From Candidatus Krumholzibacteriia bacterium (lineage in GTDB: Bacteria > Krumholzibacteriota > Krumholzibacteriia > WVZY01): a stretch of 22,558 bases of DNA. This document shows, piece by piece, positions 8,614 through 16,019 of this stretch. A model generated the notes under the pieces. The model saw only the letters and a program-made list of their open reading frames with translations, had not been told where the DNA came from and did no database searches. A program made the position numbers and the translations under genes. Numbering within the stretch: position 1 is the first letter of the stretch; every line of letters begins with the position of its first letter. The stretch lies in contig JAZGDW010000038.1 of NCBI GenBank assembly GCA_036478295.1, forward strand, positions 1 through 22,558, read 5' to 3'.

Positions 8614-9884
8614 GATCTCGTTGGGCCACTCGCGCCGACCAGCCGCTCGTATATCAGCAGCATCGTCGCAAACGCAACCCGCTCCCGCACGTCCTCCCGG
8701 TTTCCTGGAAAGACGCGCTCGCGGATCTCCACGCCGCCGTCCCAGCTCACCCCGTAGAACGCAAGGCCGACCGGCTTCTCCTCCGTCGCGCCGCTCGGGC
8801 CAGCGATGCCGGTCGTCGCGATCGCCCAGGTCGCGCCGGTCTCGCGCCGGATTCCTTGCGCCATCTCGCGGCAGACGGCCTCGCTCACCGCGCCATGATC
8901 CTCGAGCGCCTTCCGGGAGACACCAAGAAAGGTTACCTTGGACTCGTTACTATAAGCGACGACGTCGGCCAACAGGTAACGGCTGCTGCCCGGAACGTCG
9001 GTGAAGCGCTTGCCGATGAGGCCGCCGGTAATCGATTCCGCTATCGCCAGCGTCGCGCGGCTCTCTACCAGCGACCGGCCGACTACCGACTCCAGCGACG
9101 CACTGCCTTTGGCGTAGAGTTTCGCACCCAGGTAGCGTCGCAGTTCCTCTTCGAACGTCTGGGCCTGCCGTTTCACGCGCTCTCTATCGACCACGTCGGG
9201 TTTTTGCGTAATAACGATGTCGACCCCCCCGATGTGCGGGAGCGATGACACGTTGAACGCGTCGTGCCGGTCTAGAATCGGTTGCAGGTGGGGTGTCATC
9301 GCCGATTCACCTACGCCGGCGGTTCGAAACGCCTCCGTGAAAAGCGGACGTTTGTTGAACATCTCGCCGATGCGCGGCAGGACAACCTTCTCCATCATCG
9401 GAATGAGCTCTTGCGGGGGACCGGGCAGAACGGCGATGAAACAACCGTCCCGCTCGATCGCGAACCCGGGCGCCGTACCACGCCGGTTCGGAATCGCCGT
9501 GGCGCCCTTCGGAAAATACGCCTGCTGCCGGTTGCTTTTATCGGCCCGGCGCCCGAATTTCTGAAAGATGCGCTGGATTTCCTTCCAGTGCTGCTCACTG
9601 AACTCGAGGGGCAGTCCCAGAGCATCGGCAACTCCCTCTCGAGTGACGTCGTCGTGCGTGGGGCCCAACCCACCGCACACGATGAGTACCTTGGCACCGC
9701 GCAGTTGCTCCCGTATCACCCGCGCGATCTCCACGCGATCATCTCCCACCACCTGCGCCGTGCTTACCTGCATGCCGCTCGCCAACATGGCACGGCCGAC
9801 AAACGCAAGGTGGGCGTCCCGCCGCTCGCCCTTGAGGAGTTCGTTGCCCACCAGAATGACTCTTGCGTCTTGCGCTTGTGTCAT
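8610..9884 (-). CDS. cinA: CinA family protein (MocF-like domain fused to NMN deamidase PncC domain)
   Basis: GNELL.G, GGLGPTHDDVT, GTAPG, LPGPPQE; C-terminal AES.TGG, YSNESK, GAVS, TGIAGP, KPVG. Confidence 0.93.
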   Translation of the reverse strand: MTQAQDARVILVGNELLKGERRDAHLAFVGRAMLASGMQVSTAQVVGDDRVEIARVIREQLRGAKVLIVCGGLGPTHDDVTREGVADALGLPLEFSEQHWKEIQRIFQKFGRRADKSNRQQAYFPKGATAIPNRRGTAPGFAIERDGCFIAVLPGPPQELIPMMEKVVLPRIGEMFNKRPLFTEAFRTAGVGESAMTPHLQPILDRHDAFNVSSLPHIGGVDIVITQKPDVVDRERVKRQAQTFEEELRRYLGAKLYAKGSASLESVVGRSLVESRATLAIAESITGGLIGKRFTDVPGSSRYLLADVVAYSNESKVTFLGVSRKALEDHGAVSEAVCREMAQGIRRETGATWAIATTGIAGPSGATEEKPVGLAFYGVSWDGGVEIRERVFPGNREDVRERVAFATMLLIYERLVGASGPTRS

Positions 9885-9907
9885 GTCGTCGAACGGAGAA
9901 AAGCCGG

Positions 9908-10372
9908 CTACAGAAAGGCGCCGATATCAGGATAAAAGAACGCGACCACCACCAGGACGATCCTGGTGAACAGCCCTGCGAGGAAATCGTCGGTGACCAC
10001 GCCCAACCCGGTCGGCAGCTTCTGAGCGCGTCCCACCGGAAACGGCTTTATGATATCAAACATTCGAAAAAGAAAAAATACCAGGACGAGTCCCAGCGTG
10101 GTGGGTTGCGCCACCACCAGCACCACCTGCAGGCCGACGATTTCATCGATAACGATGCGCCCGGCGTCGTGCCCGTACAGTTTCTCGAGGCGCGTTGCAA
10201 TGGGAATCGACAGGGCCAGCGTCACGATGGCAACGAGCGGATGTGCCAGCACTTCGCCCCCCGGCACCAGGCCGTAGGCGAGCAAGTAAACCAGGCTTGC
10301 GAAGGTGGCGGGAGCTACGGGAAAGAAACCGGTGAACGCAAAGGTGCCGATCAGTTTTGTCAGAAAGTTCAC
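9908..10372 (-). CDS. pgpA: phosphatidylglycerophosphatase A
   Basis: HDAGRIVIDEIVG, FFLFRMFDIIKPFP, GVVTDDFLAG. GTG start at 10372 chosen because GAGGAG lies 8 nt upstream. Confidence 0.92.
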   Translation of the reverse strand: MNFLTKLIGTFAFTGFFPVAPATFASLVYLLAYGLVPGGEVLAHPLVAIVTLALSIPIATRLEKLYGHDAGRIVIDEIVGLQVVLVVAQPTTLGLVLVFFLFRMFDIIKPFPVGRAQKLPTGLGVVTDDFLAGLFTRIVLVVVAFFYPDIGAFL

Positions 10373-10423
10373 GTAGCGGGCTCCTCTCGTTAACACGTAA
10401 TTTGCCGGATGTATCCAGAGGGA

Positions 10424-10453
10424 AGGTTACACTCCCGGACTCCAGCGCGGCAA
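10424..10453 (-). promoter_or_regulatory. candidate sigma70 promoter for pgpA-cinA-thpR
   Basis: TTGCCG, 18 nt, TAACCT, about 50 nt upstream of the pgpA start. Confidence 0.35.
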
Positions 10454-10605
10454 CCGGAATCCTGTAACGACACGCGTGTGACGGAGGGTGTTCTCGGGCG
10501 AGTGCCGCGGTAGCGGCGCAGCGAGCACTGATTCTTGGGTGCGAGCGAGGACGTGAGCGCGAAAATGATATCGATGCCCCAAAAGCGGGGTTTTCAAAGT
10601 GGGGA

Positions 10606-11190
10606 TTAGTTCTGGGAGAGTCTCTGCAGAACGCCCTTGGCGACCGTCTTCAAGGTGTCGAAAACGCCGACACCGTTGATGGCCACCGCCTCGACGCTGG
10701 CATAGCGCTCCGGATTCAACTCCTGCTCGAGGTCCTCGAGACCTATTATATTCGGCATGTCCCTCTTGTTGTACTGGATCACATACGGGATTTCTTCCAG
10801 CTTGAGCTTGTACTCTTCGAGATTCTCGTGGAGGTTGTACAGGCTCTCGATGTTCGCGTCGTATCTCGACGTCTGTGAGTCCGCTACGAACACGAGCCCG
10901 TCGACGCCGCGCAGGATGAGCTTGCGGCTCGCGTCGTAGTAGACCTGCCCGGGGACCGTGTACAGATGGAAACGGGTCTTGAAACCCTTGACCGTCCCCA
11001 GTTCCAGCGGGAGAAAATCAAAGAAGAGCGTCCGGTCCATCTCCGTCGCCAGTGTGATGAGCTTGCCCTTGGTCTCGGGAGCAACCTTGTTGTAGATGTG
11101 CTGTATGTTCGTCGTCTTACCGCAGAGACCGGGGCCATAGTAAACGATCTTGCAGTTGATCTCGCGCGAAGAGTAATTTATGAGCGACAT
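10606..11190 (-). CDS. mglA: MglA Ras-like small GTPase
   Basis: [35 protein letters not shown] (intrinsic Arg finger), TVPGQ, NKRD. Very close to Myxococcus MglA as I recall it. Confidence 0.96.
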   Translation of the reverse strand: MSLINYSSREINCKIVYYGPGLCGKTTNIQHIYNKVAPETKGKLITLATEMDRTLFFDFLPLELGTVKGFKTRFHLYTVPGQVYYDASRKLILRGVDGLVFVADSQTSRYDANIESLYNLHENLEEYKLKLEEIPYVIQYNKRDMPNIIGLEDLEQELNPERYASVEAVAINGVGVFDTLKTVAKGVLQRLSQN

Positions 11191-11205
11191 CGCCCTCTCC
11201 CTACG

Positions 11206-11703
11206 TCAGTCCGAGAAAAGAGCATCAATTTCTTTGTTGAGCTCATCTGTAAACTCTTCGTTGAATTCCTTGAGGTCCTCGTTCTCGTACTCGAGCTTGT
11301 CGAAGAGTGTCGTGAGGATTGTGTTGAGCCCTTCGACGGCTTTTTTTACGCGCAAGCGAACGAGACCGAGTGTGGTGCGCTTGTTGAAGAGTACGACCAG
11401 AATGATCTGGGAGGCGACCTTGGCTAGATACATGCTCTCGTTGGAGCCCTGGTGGTAGAGCGTCGAGAAATCTTTTTCACCGATCAATTTCGCCAACTGG
11501 CTGTTGGCTTCAAAATCCGCCGCGCACAGGGAGGCGAAGCTCATCAGGTCGAAGTCCGGCTCGATCCCCACGCTGGCGATCATCTGGCCGGTTTTGTCGA
11601 TAAGCAGCACGCTCTGGGAATTGGAGTTTTGCAGCAGTTCCTTGAGCACGCTGGTAATCGCCCAGTAATCTTCTTCGTATATTTTCCAGTCGGTCTTAAC
11701 CAT
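11206..11703 (-). CDS. mglB: MglB roadblock/LC7 domain protein (cognate GAP of MglA)
   Basis: LLIDKTGQ, LAKLIGEKDFSTLYHQG, TTLGLVRLRVKKA, acidic C-terminal helix EIDALFSD. Directly upstream of mglA. Confidence 0.93.
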   Translation of the reverse strand: MVKTDWKIYEEDYWAITSVLKELLQNSNSQSVLLIDKTGQMIASVGIEPDFDLMSFASLCAADFEANSQLAKLIGEKDFSTLYHQGSNESMYLAKVASQIILVVLFNKRTTLGLVRLRVKKAVEGLNTILTTLFDKLEYENEDLKEFNEEFTDELNKEIDALFSD

Positions 11704-11732
11704 CGGCTATCCACCTTGACAACGATTCTTCA

Positions 11733-12335
11733 TCAAGAAAGTTTTTCCCGCCTCTCCAGCGCTCTGGTCAGCGTTACCTCATCAGCGAATTCCAGGGTAC
11801 CGCCCATTGGGAGCCCCCTTGCAAGTCTCGTGACATTACAACCGGTTCCTCGCAGGCGCTGCGAGATATAAAGCGCTGTGGCCTCGCCCTCCACTGTAGG
11901 GTTGGTCGCCAAGATAACTTCTTTGATATTAAGCGTTTGAACTCTTTTCTTGAGTCGATCCACGTTCAGGTCCTCCGGTCCGACCCCATCTATGGGTGAA
12001 AGCACACCGTGCAGGACGTGGTAAAGCCCCCGGTACTGGCCGGTTTTCTCAAGTACGATAACGTCTTGTGGCTCTTCCACGACGCAAATCATCTCTTGAT
12101 TCCTGCCCTCGTCCTTGCAAATTGCACATTCTTCCGCTTCTGTGATGCTGCCGCACGCATTGCAGAAGCGAACGCGCTGCTTCATCTCCAGGATCATTTT
12201 TCCCAGTTCTTCCACCGCCTGGCTGTCCGACCGCAAGAGGTACAGTGCCAGCCGTTGCGCCGACTTAAACCCGATCCCAGGCATTTTTGCAAACAGTCGA
12301 ATGAGGTTCGCCAGAGTCTTAGAGCCGTACTCCAT
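11733..12335 (-). CDS. recR: recombination mediator RecR
   Basis: PGIG.KSAQRLA HhH motif, CNAC..CAIC zinc finger, Toprim motifs (YHVLHG.LSP.DG, EVILATNPTVEGEATA). SD AAGGAG. Confidence 0.97.
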   Translation of the reverse strand: MEYGSKTLANLIRLFAKMPGIGFKSAQRLALYLLRSDSQAVEELGKMILEMKQRVRFCNACGSITEAEECAICKDEGRNQEMICVVEEPQDVIVLEKTGQYRGLYHVLHGVLSPIDGVGPEDLNVDRLKKRVQTLNIKEVILATNPTVEGEATALYISQRLRGTGCNVTRLARGLPMGGTLEFADEVTLTRALERREKLS

Positions 12336-12428
12336 CCGGCACTCCTTTCGTCGAGCAAGAAAGTTGCCTTATCCCAGGGCGAAGAGCGTGGATCCAAACG
12401 GGTTGGTAAGACGAAAAAACGGGGCGTA

Positions 12429-12740
12429 TCAGAAGAGCCCGGGCAGGGGCAGGCCGCCGGTGATCTTCGACATTTCTTCCCGGGCGAGCTCGAGTGCCAG
12501 GCGCCGGGCTTCGTTAACGGCGGCCACTACGAGATCCTCGAGCATTTCCTTGTCTCCCTCGTCGAAGACATCCGATTCGATGCGGATCGCCAGCACTTCC
12601 TGTTGGCCGTTCATCTTCACCACCACCATGCCTCCGCCGCTCGTGCCCTCGACCTCCCTGTGGGCGAGGTCTTCCTGGAGTTTTCCCATTTTCACCTGCA
12701 TTTCCTGGGCTTGCTTCATCATTTTTCCCATGTTGCGCAT
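12429..12740 (-). CDS. ybaB: YbaB/EbfC family nucleoid-associated protein
   Basis: MMKQAQEMQ, SGGGMV, EMLEDLVVAAVNEA, TGGL.LPGLF. Sits between dnaX and recR. Confidence 0.95.
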   Translation of the reverse strand: MRNMGKMMKQAQEMQVKMGKLQEDLAHREVEGTSGGGMVVVKMNGQQEVLAIRIESDVFDEGDKEMLEDLVVAAVNEARRLALELAREEMSKITGGLPLPGLF

Positions 12741-12751
12741 CGCGTTTCTCC

Positions 12752-14506
12752 TTACTGGGGGTGGTAGCGCACGATTTCACCGTCAAAATCGGCAAGGATT
12801 TTCCGAACCAGCGGCCTGGATTCGATGGGGCGCCGCGCACTCTCGTCCACCCCGGCTTCTTTCTTCGACTGCATCTTGTCGCGCTCGGCCTTGGCCTCCT
12901 CACCCTCGCTGAAACAGAATAGCTCGAGATCGCGGCCGAAGTACTTCTTCATCATCCCCTTCAGGAATTTCTTGCTGGCCGTCTGCTCGACCTGCGCCTT
13001 CTGGTAGGTAAGCCCACGAGCGAAACGCAGCATCACCGCGTGCTCATCCATTGACTTTATCGTGCCCGATATCAGGCACACGCCGAGAGAGAGCTTCTTC
13101 TGCCTCACGCAGTTCACAAAGCCGTCCCAGAGCTTGCGAATGTCCGTGTATTCCAGCGAGGCGAGTTCCATATCTTTTGGAGAGGGCTCCGGCTCCGCGC
13201 CCGGTCCCGCGACCTGACGAGCCACCGGTGGCGCTCCCGTGTCTTTCTTGTGGGGAAAGGCCGATGTCCCAGATTCGGAGAGATAACGGGCCGCACCCTC
13301 ACCACCAGCCGCCTTCTTACCCCGGGGGGACTCTGCGCCGCGCCGCGGGCGCGCCGTACCTCCCCCGTGGCCGGGAGACCCTTCCAACCGGGAAATCAGC
13401 GTACGAATGTCGATCTGGCGATCGAGAAGGGCAATATCCACTAGCGTACTCTCGAGCACGATACGCGGGTCGCTCGCCGTTTTCAGCCTCGGCGCGACGT
13501 TGCACAACCTCTCCACTATAGTGACCAGGTCGCCCAGCTCATACGAGGGCAGGAGATCTCGCAGCGTGGCGATCTCTTCCCGCGAGCGAAAGACCAGCTC
13601 GGCCAGATCACCGGGTGCCGCCAGAACCATCAAATCCCGGAAACCCTCGATCAAGGCGTTCAGAAGCTCCTCGAGGTCGACGCCCTGACCGACGGCGTCG
13701 TTCAGTTTCTCGAGAACCGCGGTCGCATCGCGGCCGGCCATCGTCTGGAGAAACTCCACCACCATGGTCTGGTCGAGCAACCCAAGGATGTCTCTCACCG
13801 ATGCGCCGTCAACGTTACCCGACGACGCGGTAATACACTGGTCGAGGAGGCTTTCAGCGTCACGCATGCTGCCTTCCGCCTTGCGAGCCAGCAGGCGCAG
13901 GGCGTCGTCCCGGAACTCCACCTTTTCCTCTTTGCATATCCTCGCCAGCTGCTCGGTGATTTCGCCGACCTCGAGCCGTTTGAACTGGTGGCGCTGGCAG
14001 CGTGACTTGATCGTATCGGGAATCTTGTGCGGCGCGGTGGTCGCGAAGACAAAGTACACGTGGCTCGGCGGCTCTTCCAACGTCTTCAACAGTGCGTTGA
14101 ACGCGTGCGTGGAGAGCATGTGTACTTCATCGATGATATACACCTTGTTCGCGAACTGGCTGGCTGCGTAGCCGATACTCTCCTGCAGATCGCGCACCTC
14201 GTTGACGCCTGTGTGGGACGCCCCGTCTATTTCCATCACGTCGAGGTTGTTGCCCCGCACAACACCGGTGCACGACGGACACGTATCGCACGGGTTGCCG
14301 TCTTTCAAGGCGATGCAGTTTATTACTTTGGCGAGGATCCGGGCCGTGCTGGTTTTGCCGCATCCACGTGGGCCGGAGAACAGATACGCATGCGCTAGAC
14401 GGTCCGCCTCGACGGCTTTCTTCAACGTGCGTGTGATGTGATCCTGGCCGACCACTTCGTCGAACGTCTGCGGTCGCCATTTTCTTGCGAGAATTTCGTA
14501 GGCCAT
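12752..14506 (-). CDS. dnaX: DNA polymerase III subunit gamma/tau
   Basis: ARKWRPQTF, GPRGCGKTS, four-Cys zinc module, IIDEVHML, NALLKTLEEPP, SRC. ATG at 14506 with SD GGGGGAG; the longer ORF start falls inside the SRP RNA. Confidence 0.97.
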   Translation of the reverse strand: MAYEILARKWRPQTFDEVVGQDHITRTLKKAVEADRLAHAYLFSGPRGCGKTSTARILAKVINCIALKDGNPCDTCPSCTGVVRGNNLDVMEIDGASHTGVNEVRDLQESIGYAASQFANKVYIIDEVHMLSTHAFNALLKTLEEPPSHVYFVFATTAPHKIPDTIKSRCQRHQFKRLEVGEITEQLARICKEEKVEFRDDALRLLARKAEGSMRDAESLLDQCITASSGNVDGASVRDILGLLDQTMVVEFLQTMAGRDATAVLEKLNDAVGQGVDLEELLNALIEGFRDLMVLAAPGDLAELVFRSREEIATLRDLLPSYELGDLVTIVERLCNVAPRLKTASDPRIVLESTLVDIALLDRQIDIRTLISRLEGSPGHGGGTARPRRGAESPRGKKAAGGEGAARYLSESGTSAFPHKKDTGAPPVARQVAGPGAEPEPSPKDMELASLEYTDIRKLWDGFVNCVRQKKLSLGVCLISGTIKSMDEHAVMLRFARGLTYQKAQVEQTASKKFLKGMMKKYFGRDLELFCFSEGEEAKAERDKMQSKKEAGVDESARRPIESRPLVRKILADFDGEIVRYHPQ

Positions 14507-14541
14507 CGCGCTCCCCCAGCTGCGGACAGGAAGATTCCAAC

Positions 14542-14817
14542 GAGATCGTGCACCCACCTCCGAACGGCGGCACCGCGCTTCGTTCGCAGGTTAACTCCGG
14601 CCAGGAACCCTCATATCACATGATCCGATACCACTTACCGCTGCTACCTTCCGGTCCTGACGGAGTTCATGGGAGACCATTGCATGAGACCTGGCCATCA
14701 ACGTCACTTCCACAAAAAAAGAATTCGACACCAGTCGTCCTCGGGCGGGATTTCGACCCCGCTATAGCGGATTGCGGGATTAGAGGGCACCGCTAACTCC
14801 CCGTCTAGCACGATCTC
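14542..14817 (-). ncRNA. ffs: signal recognition particle RNA, large bacterial type with Alu domain (about 276 nt)
   Basis: Terminal helix GAGAUCGUGC/GCACGAUCUC; Alu-like 5' GGGGAGUUAGCGGUGCCC..GCAAUCCGCU; helix 8 GUCAGGACCGGAAGGUAGCAGC. Immediately upstream of dnaX, as scr is in Bacillus. Confidence 0.95.
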
Positions 14818-14915
14818 TTTGGAATTTCTCGCTGCGCCGACGTAACCCCGGTGCAGCAGTTGTCGCTTGGTGGCAGCTCCCGTGGTTGGGTTGCTGCGCA
14901 ACCACCCCTGTTGTT

Positions 14916-14991
14916 TGGTGGAGATGAGCGGACTCGAACCGCCGACCCCCTCGTTGCGAACGAGGTGCTCTCCCAACTGAGCTACATCCCC
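14916..14991 (-). tRNA. tRNA-Ala(CGC)
   Basis: 76 nt, GGGGAUG...CAUCUCCACCA with the G3:U70 pair; anticodon arm CCUCG-UUCGCAA-CGAGG; CCA encoded. Confidence 0.98.
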
Positions 14992-15013
14992 AGCGAATTC
15001 ACAGTTATTAAAA

Positions 15014-15103
15014 TGGCGGAGAGAGGGGGATTCGAACCCCCGGAGCGCTTGCGCACTCAACGGTTTTCGAGACCGCCCCATTCAACCACTCTGGCATCTC
15101 TCC
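15014..15103 (-). tRNA. tRNA-Ser(CGA)
   Basis: 90 nt with a long variable arm; anticodon arm GCGGU-CUCGAAA-ACCGU; discriminator G; CCA encoded. Confidence 0.98.
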
Positions 15104-15109
15104 ACCGGC

Positions 15110-15139
15110 ATATTAACCCATCGAGGGGAGTCGGGGCAA
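15110..15139 (-). promoter_or_regulatory. candidate sigma70 promoter for tRNA-Ser(CGA), tRNA-Ala and SRP RNA
   Basis: TTGCCC, 18 nt, TAATAT, then GC-rich GCCGGT directly before the tRNA 5' end. Confidence 0.5.
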
Positions 15140-15244
15140 GCACTCGTCCTCCAAAAACGGACTCGCGCAAGAGGTCGGGACAGACGCCCGCGGGAGCGAA
15201 CGAGCGCGGTTTCGCCCGTATCCGTCCCTGAGCGTGTCGTTGGC

Positions 15245-15281
15245 AAGAAAATACCCCGTTCCTCGGAACGAGAAACGGGGC
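15245..15281 (-). terminator. intrinsic terminator
   Basis: GCCCCGUUUCUCG-UUC-CGAGGAACGGGGU stem followed by AUUUUCUU. Confidence 0.7.
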
Positions 15282-15360
15282 ACGGTGCGATTCCTCTATC
15301 CCGTGCGTGTCAGATTGCCTGGAACCGCTCTTTGAATGGCCAAAAATCCCTTTGGTATGC
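15245..15360 (-). ncRNA. candidate uncharacterised small RNA (about 115 nt)
   Basis: Bounded by a near-consensus promoter (15366-15394) and an intrinsic terminator; made of consecutive short hairpins; no credible ORF. Confidence 0.5.
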
Positions 15361-15365
15361 AAAGA

Positions 15366-15394
15366 AGTCTATCACAAGGCGGTGGCGGGGTCAA
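15366..15394 (-). promoter_or_regulatory. sigma70 promoter immediately downstream of tRNA-Ser(GGA)
   Basis: TTGACC, 17 nt, TAGACT, with an extended -10 TG. Confidence 0.65.
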
Positions 15395-15401
15395 GATAGA
15401 A

Positions 15402-15492
15402 TGGCGGAGAGAGAGGGATTCGAACCCTCGGAACGCTTTCGCGCTCACACGATTTCCAGTCGTGCCGATTAAGCCAACTCTCGCATCTCTCC
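15402..15492 (-). tRNA. tRNA-Ser(GGA)
   Basis: 91 nt with a long variable arm; anticodon arm CACGA-CUGGAAA-UCGUG; CCA encoded. Confidence 0.98.
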
Positions 15493-15547
15493 GCCGAAAT
15501 CACATCGCGTTGCAGCACGAACGGCAGGGCGGCCCGTTCCGCGCCCC

Positions 15548-16012
15548 TCACGCCCCGTCCCTTTTGCGCTGTTTCCTGAAGAAATCCTGCAGGAGTTCCC
15601 GGCAGCGCCTCTCTTCGACACCACCGATAACCGCGATCCGATGTTCCAGCCTCGGTTCGTTGGGAATCGCCAGCACGCTCTCGCACGCGCCGGTCTTTGG
15701 CTCGCGTGTCCCGAAGACCACGCGCGGCACCCGGGCCAGCAGCAAGGCACCGACGCACATCACACAAGGCTCGACGGTCACATAGAGCGACGCATCGGTC
15801 AACACCCAGCGGTCGCGCCTGGCGACGGCGTCCCACAGTGCCACAACTTCGGCATGTTCGAAGGGATATCCGGTCTGTTCGACACGGTTGTGCCCACGTC
15901 CCACGACTTCGCCGCGGTGCACTACCACCGCTCCCACGGGTACTTCACCGTTGTCGGCGGCGGATTGCGCCTCGGCGATCGCTTGCTCCATCCAGCGGCG
16001 GTCACCGTCCAT
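15548..16012 (-). CDS. tadA: tRNA adenosine(34) deaminase family protein (divergent)
   Basis: GEVPVGAV, HAE, LYVTVEPCVMC, KTGA, LLQDFFR. Synteny tadA-SRP RNA-dnaX-ybaB-recR matches Bacillus subtilis. Confidence 0.85.
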   Translation of the reverse strand: MDGDRRWMEQAIAEAQSAADNGEVPVGAVVVHRGEVVGRGHNRVEQTGYPFEHAEVVALWDAVARRDRWVLTDASLYVTVEPCVMCVGALLLARVPRVVFGTREPKTGACESVLAIPNEPRLEHRIAVIGGVEERRCRELLQDFFRKQRKRDGA

Positions 16013-16019
16013 GGTCTCG

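Noticed and set aside
9019..9045. CinA PncC motif AESITGG instead of AESCTGG as a sign of inactivity
   Set aside because: The catalytic Ser and the downstream Lys (YSNESK) are retained.
13150..13420. Possible programmed frameshift producing the DnaX gamma subunit
   Set aside because: No A-AAA-AAG heptamer or long A run in the linker; the C6/G4 run at about 13320-13329 does not fit X-XXY-YYZ in frame.
14882..14905. Hairpin GTGGTTG...CAACCAC between tRNA-Ala and SRP RNA
   Set aside because: No U-tract; ordinary precursor-spacer structure with no sign of being an independent element.
15320..15345. CCAUUC-AAA-GAGCGG resembling P2 of a c-di-GMP-I riboswitch
   Set aside because: Lacks the GNRA tetraloop, the upstream GGGCAAA and the downstream GACGCAAAGC.
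14916..15492. tRNA genes as integration sites for an island or prophage
   Set aside because: No integrase and no duplicated tRNA 3' fragment beyond the normal similarity of the two tRNA-Ser genes.
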